Origin: Zootoca vivipara
Lineage: Eukaryota
DNA: 64,000 nucleotides
Direction: 5' to 3'
Assembly: GCF_963506605.1 (NCBI RefSeq)
Contig: NC_083276.1
Coordinates: 50,344,001-50,408,000 of the forward strand
Shown here one piece after another: positions 52,349-64,000 of this stretch. Under the pieces are notes generated by a model. That model was given only the letters and a program-made list of their open reading frames with translations, did no database searches and was not told the origin of the DNA. Position 1 is the stretch's first letter. Every line of letters begins with the position of its first letter. Both the position numbers and the translations under genes were made by a program.

Positions 52349-55041
52349 GTAGGTGTCTCATAATAGCACCTCCCTGTATGTTTATTTCCCTTTCTTTTGG
52401 ATTGAAATAAAACAATATAGAAAATAGTTTTGTGGTACTGAATACACATAGTAGGTATGATGTAACCCTGGTAGGCAGCTGCTCTACAGAAGCATCCTTT
52501 GTTGGTAGGCTTTGAGGGTAATCTGGAATGAATAAAGATATAAATGGGAGAATTGCCTGTATGTAAACTGTCTCTGGCCAGTAAAGATTCCCAACCCAGA
52601 TTAGTAAATGTAACCCGTCATGCAGACTAGAAGGGAGATGCCAAGGTGGTAACTGAGCTCCCATTCTGAGACTCTTCCTGTGTAGTGGCTAAGTGCGTTT
52701 GGTCCTATGTTAGGACTCACTGTTTATGAAATTATTCCTTGTGCTGTTAAGAACATGTTCAGGTTTCTTTGAAAGGCGAGTTACTTGATATTTGATGAAA
52801 TCGTGTGGCAACCATGGTACTCTTAAAATTATTACAGGGATGCTTGCAAAATTCTTCCCACACGAATTTTCTCCTTAGATTTCAAAGTTCTGAATTCTTG
52901 ATCTTGCTGGTGGAATGGCACCAGTAATTTGCCATTTTCCCTTTTTTAACGTACAGACTTTGTTTAGGCTGCCACACATGCAATTCACTAGTTTTCCATT
53001 TGCATACTCTCCCCCCCCCCAACTTTACAGTTGATTAAAATACTAACAAAAAAGGCAGTAGTAACATGGTCATATCTATTCATGTGCCCTAGTGATCTGT
53101 AAACTGTTAAGGGTTAGGAGTCATGTTGCAAATGGAAAACTCTGGCAAACTGCATATAAGGCAATTCTGAAATGTATTTTAGAAATTATCCATGTAAAAC
53201 TATAAGGCAGGTAAAGCAGAGCATGGGGCAGTCAATCCATGGAACAAGAATAGAACTTGGGATATCTATTTTTATCCCTTGATCTAAACTGTGCTGCTTC
53301 CACTGTGAACAATATATCTAGTATTAAAGGAAAGAGAGCCCAGTTGAAACTGAGATGGTGTGAACTGTGGAAGGTTTGCACTTCTTGAGGAGGGAAGGTT
53401 TCTGCATTCTCCCTGCATCTTGAACCTTTAAGTGTTGTTTGGTCTTCAAGAAGCAGATGATGCAGTTTTTGAAGTTTTGAGATGAAGCCCTCTGCTTCAG
53501 TAGTTTGTGACGGCTATCGACATGGTTGAGTTCAAAAGAGGTTAAGTTAATTCCTAATGCTTTAGGTGACCCTAAAATCACCAGAGAATGTATGTTGATG
53601 GCCAGGAATCAGAAAGGTACTATATCATCAATGCTTGTTGCCAATACACTACCAAGCATGTCTGTTTTGTGTTTGAGACAAGTTACTACTGATCTGCTCT
53701 CGTGTGCTGCCATATCGTGTGCTAAATGTCATGGGTGAGCACTGAGTGCCCTTTCTGTAATGCTTTCTAATGTTTCCTCTGCTCCTGGGCTTATTGTTCA
53801 AAAACAAATGGCCAGGTCAGAGGACATAAGTTGTATAATACTTGATATTTCAAATGTTAAAAGGTAAAATCACTATGTACCTAGTAGGATGGTGTGTTCA
53901 TGCACATGAGTGTTTGGGTGAGTTATTAGGTAGCTCAGCAGTTTCAATAGAGTGTATTTGTCTCTTTCTGCTTAGCCCACTGATTTGAATTTCCTTGAAG
54001 TGATAGTGCCTGGTTTTTGTTTACGTTTTAGCCTTTGGCAGCTTTTGGCATCTTAAAAATAAGATGGTGGTCTCATTGCAGTTTACATGGAGCAGGCTTT
54101 ACTTTCCCCCAAAATTGCCGCCATAACTGCTCAGTTCAGCTGTTAGTGCATTTCCCCAGGAGATCAGATGTTCCTTTCCTTGCATAATTTGTTTCTCACC
54201 TGAAGCAAAATTGGATGTACTGGTTTTTTTTTGCACTGATGTTGGCTTTCTGTCCCTCAACACACAGAGGGCATTGGCCTTCAGTGCCACTTTCCATCAG
54301 AGTTGTTAGGTGTCATTTACTGAAGATGATGATTACTATGCATGTTTAATTTGAACTTCCTGCCTCTTTTCTCAGTCTCTAGCTTCACTTATTGACTGCT
54401 TAAATATCTTAAATATCCTCTCTGAGTGTATGCCTCTCATCAATCATCAGAGTAGTGGTAATGCAAAAGACAAATATTGGTGTCTCCTACAGTGTTGTGA
54501 TTTCACTTGGAATAATAGCACACTTTATCGTGAGTTATATCTTCCTACAGTCAGCAGGATAGGATTTTATCTGAACTCTTCATACTTGCAGATTTGCTTT
54601 GTTGAGGCTTTCTCCCACCTAGGCTACCGTACAGCTCCTTTTGCTGAGAGAGATCTCATGGGGTTGCAGGCCGTGATTTTCTCTGGCATTTGTGGAATGT
54701 TGTGAATTTTTCTTAGCACAAAGGTGGTATTTAGATTTAGGTTTCACCTTAGGCTCATTGAGGGTGATTTACCAACAGTCATAACAATGTGATGGAGATA
54801 CCATGATAAACTAGAGTGGTAGAAATCATGGCAGCTTTCCTTTGCCAGTGGAATTTGGGGGTGGTAAGTTAAAAGTTAAAGACATTAGTGTGGTTATATA
54901 GATATATTGGGAGTAGCGCTCTTTCTGGACGCATGTGTTTTCTCTCTTGTGATACCATCCTTCCTTACACAATTCTCCTTTAAGTGTCTTAAAAAATAAC
55001 TTTACAGTCCTTACTTGGCTTTCTTTCACTCGTGACTATAA

Positions 55042-55048
55042 TACTAAC
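55042..55048 (+). promoter_or_regulatory. consensus branch point TACTAAC for the neuronal microexon
   Basis: perfect consensus about 41 nt upstream of the 3' splice site, followed by an AG-free pyrimidine tract. Confidence 0.75.
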
Positions 55049-55088
55049 TTCTTCTCTGTACTACATCACTTCCTTTTTTCCATGCTAG

Positions 55089-55111
55089 CCAATGAGGAGC
55101 ACTGGCCAAAG
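55089..55111 (+). CDS. PHF21A: PHF21A neuronal microexon (ANEEHWPK), 23 nt, phase 1-0, alternative to the AT-hook exon
   Basis: catgctag|CC AAT GAG GAG CAC TGG CCA AAG|gtatgt; peptide matches recalled mammalian neuronal isoform. Confidence 0.95.
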
Positions 55112-55163
55112 GTATGTAAGATTATTTCCCCTCCCCTTTTTGTTCCCTTTTGTTAATGTGTAG

Positions 55164-55327
55164 GTCGTCCACCTAAATACAACACGGTGCTGGGGTTTGG
55201 GGCTCTGACCCCCACATCCCCTCTGTCCAGTCATCCTGACTCCCCTGAAAATGAAAAGACAGAGACCACATTTTCTTTCCCCGCAACTGTTCATCCTGTG
55301 TCCCTGCCCAGCCCCAGCTCCACAGAC
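55164..55327 (+). CDS. PHF21A: PHF21A AT-hook exon ([20 protein letters not shown]...PSPSSTD), 164 nt, phase 1-0
   Basis: tgtgtag| acceptor, GAC|gtaagt donor; completes RKRGRPPK AT-hook. Confidence 0.96.
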
Positions 55328-55729
55328 GTAAGTAATTCTTCCTGAGAGGTTTGCTGTTCAAAGGGACCGTGGAGACTTCAGAATTTGGTTCTTTAGATGC
55401 ACTGGTATTATGGTAAACTGCAATAATATGACCCCCTTCTTCAGGCCCCTACACTTCTTCTTGTACCTTCCCACCTCCACCCCCCAAAACTCTGGAGTAG
55501 TATATATGTAGTATATGATATCCACAGGACATGCCAGAATGTTCATATCATAGAATTGTAGAGTTAGAAGGGCAAATATTTCAAAGTTCCATAAACCCTT
55601 TGCAGATGCACAGCGATGCAGTGAATTAAAGACAGTGCATATGTGATGTATTTCAGCAATCTAGTGGCAGAAGGGGAACGGATCCTGTCACACAGAAGCC
55701 TTAGGAACAATTACGTATTATTACTGAAT

Positions 55730-55856
55730 AAAAAAATTCCTCATGCACACGAAAGCTCATACCAAAATAAAAACTTAGTTGGTCTTTAAGGTGCTACTGA
55801 AGGAATTTTTTAATTTTGTTTCGACTCAGACCAACACGGCTACCTACCTGTAACTT
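55730..55856 (+). mobile_element. Penelope-like insert, copy C (short inverted arm)
   Basis: catgcacacgaaagctcatacc...cctgtaact; 15-bp TSD gtattattactgaat (55715-55729 / 55857-55871). Confidence 0.85.
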
Positions 55857-56659
55857 GTATTATTACTGAATCAATAAAGTAAGGAGGAATTCTTGCTCAA
55901 GATAGTTGGACACAGCGTTAAGAGGAGTCAGAGTGAGTGCCTTCACTGACACCTGGCAGTTGCTTCTCGTTTATGGATTCTGCATACCTATATGGGGGAA
56001 AGTTTTCTTTTCTGTGAAAGTATCCTTCTGGTATGTGAGCCCAGTTGCCTATTCTGCCAGTTTAGCACAGGCTGTTGCTGAATTAAAGTTGATCTAACCC
56101 GTAGCTGATCTGCAGCACTGTCTGTTTTTGGAGAGTGGGGGAGTAATTTTTTATTACTCAGAAGGGAGGTAAATCCATCCTTCTCATGACAGCTGGGTTG
56201 GAATTGGAAGTTCTGGACTCACGACCTTGGTCAAGTCTCATCACTTCTCTGTACCTTCGTTTCCTCATAATAAATAGCTCCATGGTTGTAAGACCCAACT
56301 AATGAACACATTTTACACACAATCAGACTTGTATAACTTCTATGTTCTAGTGGGCTGCACTAGATGTTCCTCCAATGTGTTTTTTATGCTGCTGAGCTAA
56401 AGAGCCTCTGCATCTCATTCATGAAATATGCAGCTTGAGGATTGCTCTAACTTACATAACTGTATCTGTAGCCTCATTGTTGAAGCAGTCAAGAATAGCC
56501 AAATCAGGAACACCATCAGTATCTTTTCTGCACTGCTGGGTATTGCAAAAGATAAAATCAACAGGCAGCATTCCTACAGGATGCAAGTTCTGTGTTAAGA
56601 GCCATAGTCATTCATTCTCTAGGTATTGTATTATTCATGAAATCTCCGAACTATCAGAA

Positions 56660-57183
56660 CAAAATAAAAATAAAATAGAAAAATTTCTTCCGGTAGCACC
56701 TTAGAGACCTTAGAGTTTGCGCTGTGGTTAAATCACTGAGCCTAGGGCTTGCTGATCAGAAGGTCGGCGGTTCGAATCCCTGTGATGGGGTGAGCTCCCG
56801 TTGCTTGGTCCCAGCTCCTGCCAACCTAGCAGTTCGAAAGCACGTCAAAATGCAAGTAGATAAATAGGAACCGCTACAGCGGGAAGGTAAACAGCGTTTC
56901 CATGTGCTGCTCTGGTTTGCCAGAAGCGGCTTTGTCATGCTGGCCACATGACCTGGAAGCTATACGCCGGCTCCCTCGGCCAATAATGCGAGATGAGCGC
57001 GCAACCCCAGAGTCGGTCACAACTGGACCTAATGGTCAGGGGTCCCTTTACCTTTAAGTTTGTCATTGGTATGAGCTTTCGTGTGCATGCACACTTCTTA
57101 GAGGTGCTACCGGAAGGAATTTTTCTATTTTATTTTTATTTTGTTTCGACGGCAGACCAACACAGCTACCTACCTGTAACTAA
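56660..57183 (+). mobile_element. Penelope-like insert, copy D, interrupted by a Sauria SINE
   Basis: arms at 56660-56713 and 57057-57183; 11-bp TSD aactatcagaa (56649-56659 / 57184-57194). Confidence 0.82.
56720..57056 (+). mobile_element. Sauria SINE (slightly 5'-truncated)
   Basis: tRNA-like head with B box ggttcgaatcc, CpG-rich body, (accttt)n tail; flanking agtttg duplication. Confidence 0.9.
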
Positions 57184-60100
57184 AACTATCAGAAGGCAGT
57201 AGTAAAAATTGATCCAAACAAAGAGGACTTTCCTGCTGATTTAGCATGGTGTCACACATACACACGAACACATTCTACTTCCTAAGAATTATAACAGGTT
57301 TGACAAAGGTTGCTAGATTCTTGAGCACATTTGTTTTATAAAAAAAGCACTAGGACACTGAGCTCATTGCCATTCCAGTTGATGTCCGTTGCACATTTTT
57401 ACATAACGTTCTGAGCTTTTGATAATGATGTAATTCTGATTAGCCGTCAGCCTTCAAGCCTAGAGTGTTTTGTTAAATATCCATCCACCAAACATGTACA
57501 CACATCACATGAATGTATCGCTTCCTCCAGAAATTCACTTCCTATTTCACTTCGGTGGTGTGGTTTTTTGGGGAGAATTTATGGTAAATAGGTTTGTTTT
57601 CAGTTGTGGCCCTCTACTCACCAAAGACTTTAATCCAACATAGGATTCCATTAATGGAATGGGGGCAGGCATTGTTTGCTGGTTTCCCCCCATCTCTCTG
57701 CAGTCCCTAGACCTTCCCTAGTCTGCTCCAAAGGATTGTGGAGATTGAAGAGGCAGGTGGCCCCCAGAAGATTATGAAAACTGCTTCCCTTCCATTCATG
57801 GAAACCTCTGCTGGTGCAGAGGACTGCCCAGTAATGGAGAAAGACAACTGAGTACAACCTTCTGATCTTGTTAGCTTCTGAATATCTTTAACTGCCATAA
57901 TTAGTTACTCAGATTGAGATGCTCAGTAGGTTTGAGCTCTACTTCAACAGGCGCTCTAGGGGAAGGATGTGGGTTCTGTGGCCTTCCAGATGTTGCTGTA
58001 CTCAAACTTTCATTGGTCCTGGCTAGCACAGCTAGAGGTCAGGGGATTTTGTAAATTAGTTCAGCATCATTTGGAGAGCTACATGCTCCCCACCCTGTTC
58101 TAGGGAAACCTCATTGTGTTTGTCCTCCATGCAATCACAAAATACAAGGGGGAAAAAGTAGGCCTTTTGAGTTTGGGCAGTCATAAGTGTTCAAGAGATA
58201 CATGAAAGATTAACTCTGTTGAGTGGACAATATGAAACTGGTTGTATTATTATAGGTTGAACTACTTTAGAACCCAACAACGCTCAAGTCACAGGGGATC
58301 CAACCCCCTTATATTTTGTGAAACTCAGCTGCTACTACTACTACAACACTGTAGAAAGCTACAGAGAGGAGTATGACTGACTTAAAAGCTGGGTGGGGGA
58401 TTGAGGGATAAAATGTGAGGTTTTCATTAAGCCCCCCCTTCCCCCCATAATTCGAACATTGGAATCCAGCACTCATTTGATATGTAGAACTTGCAAAATC
58501 AAAGCATCTTTACATGCCAAAGTCAGGATAGCACACTAAGTTTAGGAATTAAGAGAGGTTTCCATCAAAGTGTGAAGGCTTGGTTTTCAGTGTCAAAGTT
58601 TAAGCCTCAGCTAATGTTTGTGGGTAATATCCCCCCACCCACCCGTGGTTGGTATTCTGGCATCATTTAATATGTATTCTTAATAAAGTTAGGCACATTA
58701 GCATGCTATGTAAGGCAGTAGAAAACATCTGGCATAATTCAAATCCTACCACTGCTCAGTTTGATATGGAAGATTGAATGACATATTTTAAGGAGGCTGT
58801 GGCACTTTTATTTCTTTCAAATTTTATCCCTGTATTCTGAATTTGAAGAAAGCTTTAGAGATTGGGATTTGGATGTAGCAATTTGCCAGAGCAGCCCTCG
58901 GTTGATTGAAATTCATGTATTAAGCCATTTTCTGTTACCTTATTTCTGTTCTTTTTAGCTCTTTCTCTTTCTGCATTTCTGTACAGTGATCTACAAATAA
59001 AAATTGTAACTATGAGATGGTAAAGGCAGAAGGAAAGAGAGAAAAGGAAACTAAATGGCTTTGCTACGAATTTTGCATCATATGGATTCTCCTAAAGGGA
59101 AGAGATAAGGAAGGGAAAGTAATGCAAAGAGTCATGCAAAACTGAAATGTTCTTGCTATTAAAACTAGTACTGGGGCCTTTGTTCATGTTTTGCAGCTGG
59201 GGGTGGTGTTTTGGTCAAGGTTTTCTGTTTCTTCTATCGAATGGCCAAGTTTACGGAAGATAAATCAGAAAAAGTATACCTATTACTGGATACTGCAGTG
59301 ATGCACCAAGGTTAAAGTTATATTAGGCATTAAAGTGGTGCATTAACTTAATTTTGCAACCAGTGCCTTCTACTTCCAAAATAGTGAAAAGATGATGGCA
59401 CATGAAACCTAAGTATTTAAAATGCTTAAAGTTGAATACTGCACATTTCTTAGGAAAGACTGTAGCGAGGTAGCACCCAGGTGAAATTATGCTTATGCTC
59501 ATGCTAAGCATGCCCAAGCATTCCATAGCCTTTTGCAAACAATAATTTTATTGCACGGTAAATATGCAGATCTTACTCATATTTGCAGAGAATCCAGGCA
59601 GCCTTTCTTCTCAGTGCTGTTCCCCATATATCGCACCTTGCCAATGTGTAGGCCACAGTTATTTTGCCAATAGAAAGCATTAATTTTATATTTTATCTCT
59701 GGCCCCCACCTGCCTAACCCATCCCCTTGCTTTCCTGTTGTGATTTGGCATGCTGCGTGGAATGAGGCTGTACAAATGTCACAGGCACCTAGAAATGACC
59801 ATGACTTCACTGGTCACAATTGGTAAAATTTTCTGCTCCTATAGCTGGGCAGATTTTGCTTATTTGCTTAGAGGCTTATCAATCCAGTGTGGTCATATAG
59901 CCGTTGGAAATAAAGAAATACAATAGCAGCAACAACACCACAGCAAATCTCTCTCATCCATCATGGTTAATGAAATCACCTTTTATTTCTTGTATATGTG
60001 TTGGTTTCACTCCTCTCCAGCACTGGAATATTCATATTCCCTATTTGATTTATGTACTCTGTCCCCAAACAAAATAAGCACCTCAGTATAGTGGGCTCCT

Positions 60101-60744
60101 AGTGTTGCATCGGGCTACTATTGTTGGATTTTAAATTATTAGTTGCTTACTACAAAAGTCGAATAGAGCAATCCTAACTATAGAAAGGTAGCATCAATAA
60201 TGCTGGCATGTTACACCGGCAAAAGTTACCCCTATTCCAAACTCAGTTCAGAAGGAATAGGACACTCTTTGCCAGCTACGTTGGCTGGCCTGCTGGGTCA
60301 CTTGACTGAACTGGAAGGTGTTTGGAAGAGGTGTAAGTAAGTCTCTCCTTGCTCTGCCACATCTCCAGAATGCCCCCTTCTGGGGGGAACTTGTGCTAGT
60401 GTAAGTTATACCATCTTAAGATCCACCAGCTGAGCACCCATTGAGATCTGCCATATCCAAATTCTTTCATCCCAGTGGATCCTAGGTTTCGATTGCACTG
60501 CAAGTGACTTGCAGTCTTTTGGTTTTTAACTTTTTTTGTAACAAAAAACAGAAGCTAAAGCTTATTGGAGGCATTCTGCGCTACCAGGTCCACCTGTCCC
60601 TTAACTGACAGCAGTGGATCCAGGAAGACACTCAGACTATGGACCTTTCAGAATAAGTCTCACCCTGGTGAGAGCAGATTGCATGCCATTCACCTGGTCA
60701 GAAGATCCACCTGCTAATCCTTCTTTGCTGGATTAAGACTCATG

Positions 60745-60930
60745 TCATTGGTTGGTCCTCATCCAGTCCATTATCATGACCAGGCACCAATCAGCACATC
60801 CACTGCCTACCTGCAGAAGATGACATAAGAGCTGTGTGTCATCAGCATGGTGATGACAGCACACACTCAAACGCTGACTAATCCCACCCAGCAGTTTCAT
60901 GCAGACATTGAGTAGAATGTGGGTGACAAG
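60745..60930 (-). mobile_element. degraded L2 reverse-transcriptase fragment
   Basis: NVCMKLLGGISQRLSVCCHHHADDTQL resembles NIYMKPLG..HQYADDTQLY; MDWMRTN downstream. Confidence 0.75.
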
Positions 60931-61331
60931 TTCTGCACCTCCTGGAGAACTGAACCTATTGCGGCACTTTAAAAATGTTTTCCATACATTTTCCCCACTG
61001 GGACTTTCAACCCACATTTAATTTCACTTACTTGGAAATGAGATTAGTGTGATCCTTAACTATATAAATGAGTGATCTGTGCCTTATAGTTTGAAATTGT
61101 ATTAGGGTAGACATGGTGGCATTTGAAGAAGCTGTGGCCCTAGACGTTCCTTGTGGTTCTTTTTTGACTGAAGAAAGCGGATCTAATCATCAGGCACCCT
61201 TTGGTAGTTTTCTTTCTGTGTTTCTTGAAAAGGATATTATTTTGGGGGTTTCATTCACTTAGGACTTTACTTTGAACTGGAATTTAGTTTTCAAAGTTTG
61301 TAAGTTCCCTCTCCCCCCTCTAATTTTATAG

Positions 61332-61487
61332 GGTGATATCCATGAAGATTTTTGCAGTGTTTGCAGGAAAAGTGGGCAGTTGCTGATGTGTGACACGTGC
61401 TCACGTGTGTATCACTTGGACTGTCTGGACCCACCTCTGAAAACTATTCCCAAGGGCATGTGGATCTGTCCCAAATGTCAAGACCAG
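61332..61487 (+). CDS. PHF21A: PHF21A PHD-finger exon ([52 protein letters not shown])
   Basis: C4HC3 spacing; tatag| acceptor, CAG|gtattg donor; 156 nt. Confidence 0.98.
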
Positions 61488-63203
61488 GTATTGTTTGACA
61501 CAAAAGGGGAAGCCTCTTACAATGGTTCTCTGCTTTGGTCAAAATGGGTGGGGCACATGGCTTAGACTTTGAGAGGGTGACAATACCTGAAATGGCCTCA
61601 CAAATTCAAAGCCATCAAACATTTGCCTTTCTGTTCCACATCTCAGGGTACTAAAGAGCCATTTATTTGCCGTAGCACAGCTCGAAGACTTACAGGGAAG
61701 ATTTCCTTTGATCCATAGGCACTCGCTTGCATCTTTATTTCTCCTTCCACAAAATAAATACAATCTTAGCTTCATTCTACAATACATGTGTTGGAGAGTC
61801 CAGTATTTTAAGGTCTAGGGCAAAGCTACATGCTGGAAAACCAATGTTTGCGTGATAATGCAGGGACACATTTCACAGGTGAGAGTTAGCAGGCATGAGA
61901 TAGATGCTAAATCTTTCCCCATAGCTGGCTCTGAGAGCAAAAATAAGCCCAGCTGGGGAGGAATGTTTTGTGATGAATAACCACATGATTAAACACCCGT
62001 CTCCCACCCACCAGTTCTCTTCTGGAAATGCCCCCCTACTCCTGCATCACTGTTAACCAACAAAACACATTTGTGGGAAATGCACGTTTGCCAAAGTAAC
62101 GTGTAGTTTTCTCCACAGAGACTGCTCTTTGCTATCAGAGTGTTTTTCCTTTAGCTAATTAGATCAGCAGTTTGTGAATCATGAAGTCACAATCCTCTCT
62201 ACTGGCGAGTTTTAAGATCAGATATGTTGTCTCTTCATTCCTGTTCAGCTAGTTAAAATTTCATCAGCAGACAATGTTTGTAGATGCAAGGGAATGTACA
62301 AAATTGCTGACACGGTGATTAAACAGGCTTCCCTTGTGGGAGGTTTAGCACAGATGTGTGAGTATTTCATGCTATTAAATCTTGAGGGTCTTCCCAAACT
62401 ATTGTGGAGGTTTTTGTGTGTGCAGTAAATACAATCTTTACTTGCTTGAGGTGTGTGTTGAGTTGTGGATCAGGCATCTTTTCTGGATAATGTTTCTGTT
62501 GAAGAATTTCCCCAGTACTCAAACCTCAGTATTCATTTGCTTGGAATTTCCTTCCCCGCTCCCCATTTCGGCATACTATTGTGAGTGCTGTGTATAAGCT
62601 AGTTGTGAATATCACAGGCACATATGTTTTAGTGATTAGTAACACAACCCCCCTTCTTCCTACAAGTGCCTCACTATTTTGTTATCCATTTAGGGATTTA
62701 TTTTTTAATTAATTCTTTAGGGGCTGAATGCTTGCCTGCTGAAACAACCAAGCATAGAAATGATCATTTAATTGCCTTCATCTTGTTTTTTAATGTAGAC
62801 TTTAAAGCAGCATGGCTACCCTTCCTTGCCATTTTATGAAATGTATGTTTTTTGTTTAGTTCTTGAAAGGTTATGTGTTATCCCCATGCAAGTGATAGCA
62901 CTGCAGCACAGTCTTCCTCTCCCTCCTTTTGATATGTGGACATAGTCTGGTTCATTTCTCTATCCCATTGGCCTCCCACATCCATCACATGTCAACAAAG
63001 CATCAGGCTTCTTGTCCCGGACCAGAACTAGCAGCAACCCAAGAGTAGAACAAAGGGGGATTTTAAGTTGTTTTGTTGCCTGGGGAGGGCCGGAAAAAAA
63101 GAATGGCATTGATTTTAATAGTTGTGAAAGAAACCCTTTAGCGTGTGTCATCTTTCCTAGAGGTAGAATGTGTCAGCCAAGTGTTCCTTCTCCTTTCTTT
63201 CAG

Positions 63204-63279
63204 ATGCTAAAGAAAGAAGAAGCAATCCCGTGGCCAGGAACTTTAGCAATTGTTCATTCATATATTGCATACAAAGCAG
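63204..63279 (+). CDS. PHF21A: PHF21A coding exon ([25 protein letters not shown]+1), 76 nt
   Basis: ttctttcag| acceptor, CAG|gtaaga donor. Confidence 0.97.
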
Positions 63280-63555
63280 GTAAGAAAACGGTGCAGGGCT
63301 TGGCTTGGTTTTCTTTTCTTTGGAAAATGTTACTTTGAGGAAGGGAGTAGGATGTTTGTTTTCAGAAGGAAATTAAGAGCTGACTGCATGATAACCCCAC
63401 TAATGAAATGGATATGACAGCTTCACCTGACTCTCTTTATGTCTGTACCTGCAGCTTCAGGTATGGTCCAGTACTGGCTTTCCATTGTGCAAAAGCAGCT
63501 GAGAGATCCCATCTGCAGGGCATAATTGATACAATTGATGTATTCTCTTCCACAG

Positions 63556-63659
63556 CAAAAGAAGAGGAAAAACAGAAATTACTGAAATGGAGTTCAGATT
63601 TAAAACAGGAAAGGGAGCAACTAGAACAGAAAGTCAAACAGCTCAGCAATTCTATAACA
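63556..63659 (+). CDS. PHF21A: PHF21A coiled-coil exon ([35 protein letters not shown]), 104 nt
   Basis: ccacag| acceptor, ACA|gtaagt donor; last exon lies beyond the window. Confidence 0.97.
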
Positions 63660-64000
63660 GTAAGTATTGCTGTGCTAAATGATGGTTTGTTTATCCTCTG
63701 TGTTCCGCTAGAAGCTACAGCCGTGAATCTTAGAAAATGACTGTTTACTGTGACCAATCACAGTATCAGTTCTGAGCCGTGCTTCACCACAGCTTTGTTG
63801 TGGTGGTGTTTTTTTAAAAGTCTCAGCGGCTTCTTATGTTTGTTAGAGCTTCTTTATCTCCGCCAAGTCATAGTTGTAATCTATATGCTGTAGTTGTGGC
63901 TGTGAAATAGCATTTGCTTTTTTTGAAATCTTTCGTTTGCTATGTCGGCCATATTTGGTATGGGAACCATGTTGTATCCACCAGGTGCTTTGACAAAGAA

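Noticed and set aside
52152-52664. 170-aa minus-strand ORF
   Set aside because: Includes a translated (CA)n microsatellite, antisense to an exon, no recognisable domain
56755-56790. tRNA-like B box ggttcgaatcc
   Set aside because: Head of the Sauria SINE; no complete cloverleaf

Overview
This is eukaryotic DNA, and the repeat content (Sauria SINE, BovB, L2/CR1 tails) points to a lacertid lizard. The whole window lies inside PHF21A (BHC80, the PHD-finger reader of unmethylated H3K4 in the LSD1/CoREST complex) on the + strand. Positions 1-34863 are the distal part of one long intron. Thirteen coding exons follow (34864-63659), all with GT-AG boundaries and consistent phases; the start and stop codons lie outside the window. 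They include the mutually exclusive pair of the 23-nt neuronal microexon (ANEEHWPK) and the AT-hook exon, only 52 nt apart. Introns hold hAT and Tc1/mariner MITEs with target-site duplications (TSDs), a solo LTR, a BovB 3' end, L2/CR1 fragments and SINEs. The most notable signals are: (i) short palindromic Penelope-derived inserts with 11-15 bp TSDs, one carrying a complete minimal hammerhead ribozyme motif and two sharing an identical inversion junction; (ii) a candidate in-frame 24-nt GC-donor microexon that would land inside the AT-hook. Gene and repeat-family names come from recognition, not database searches.
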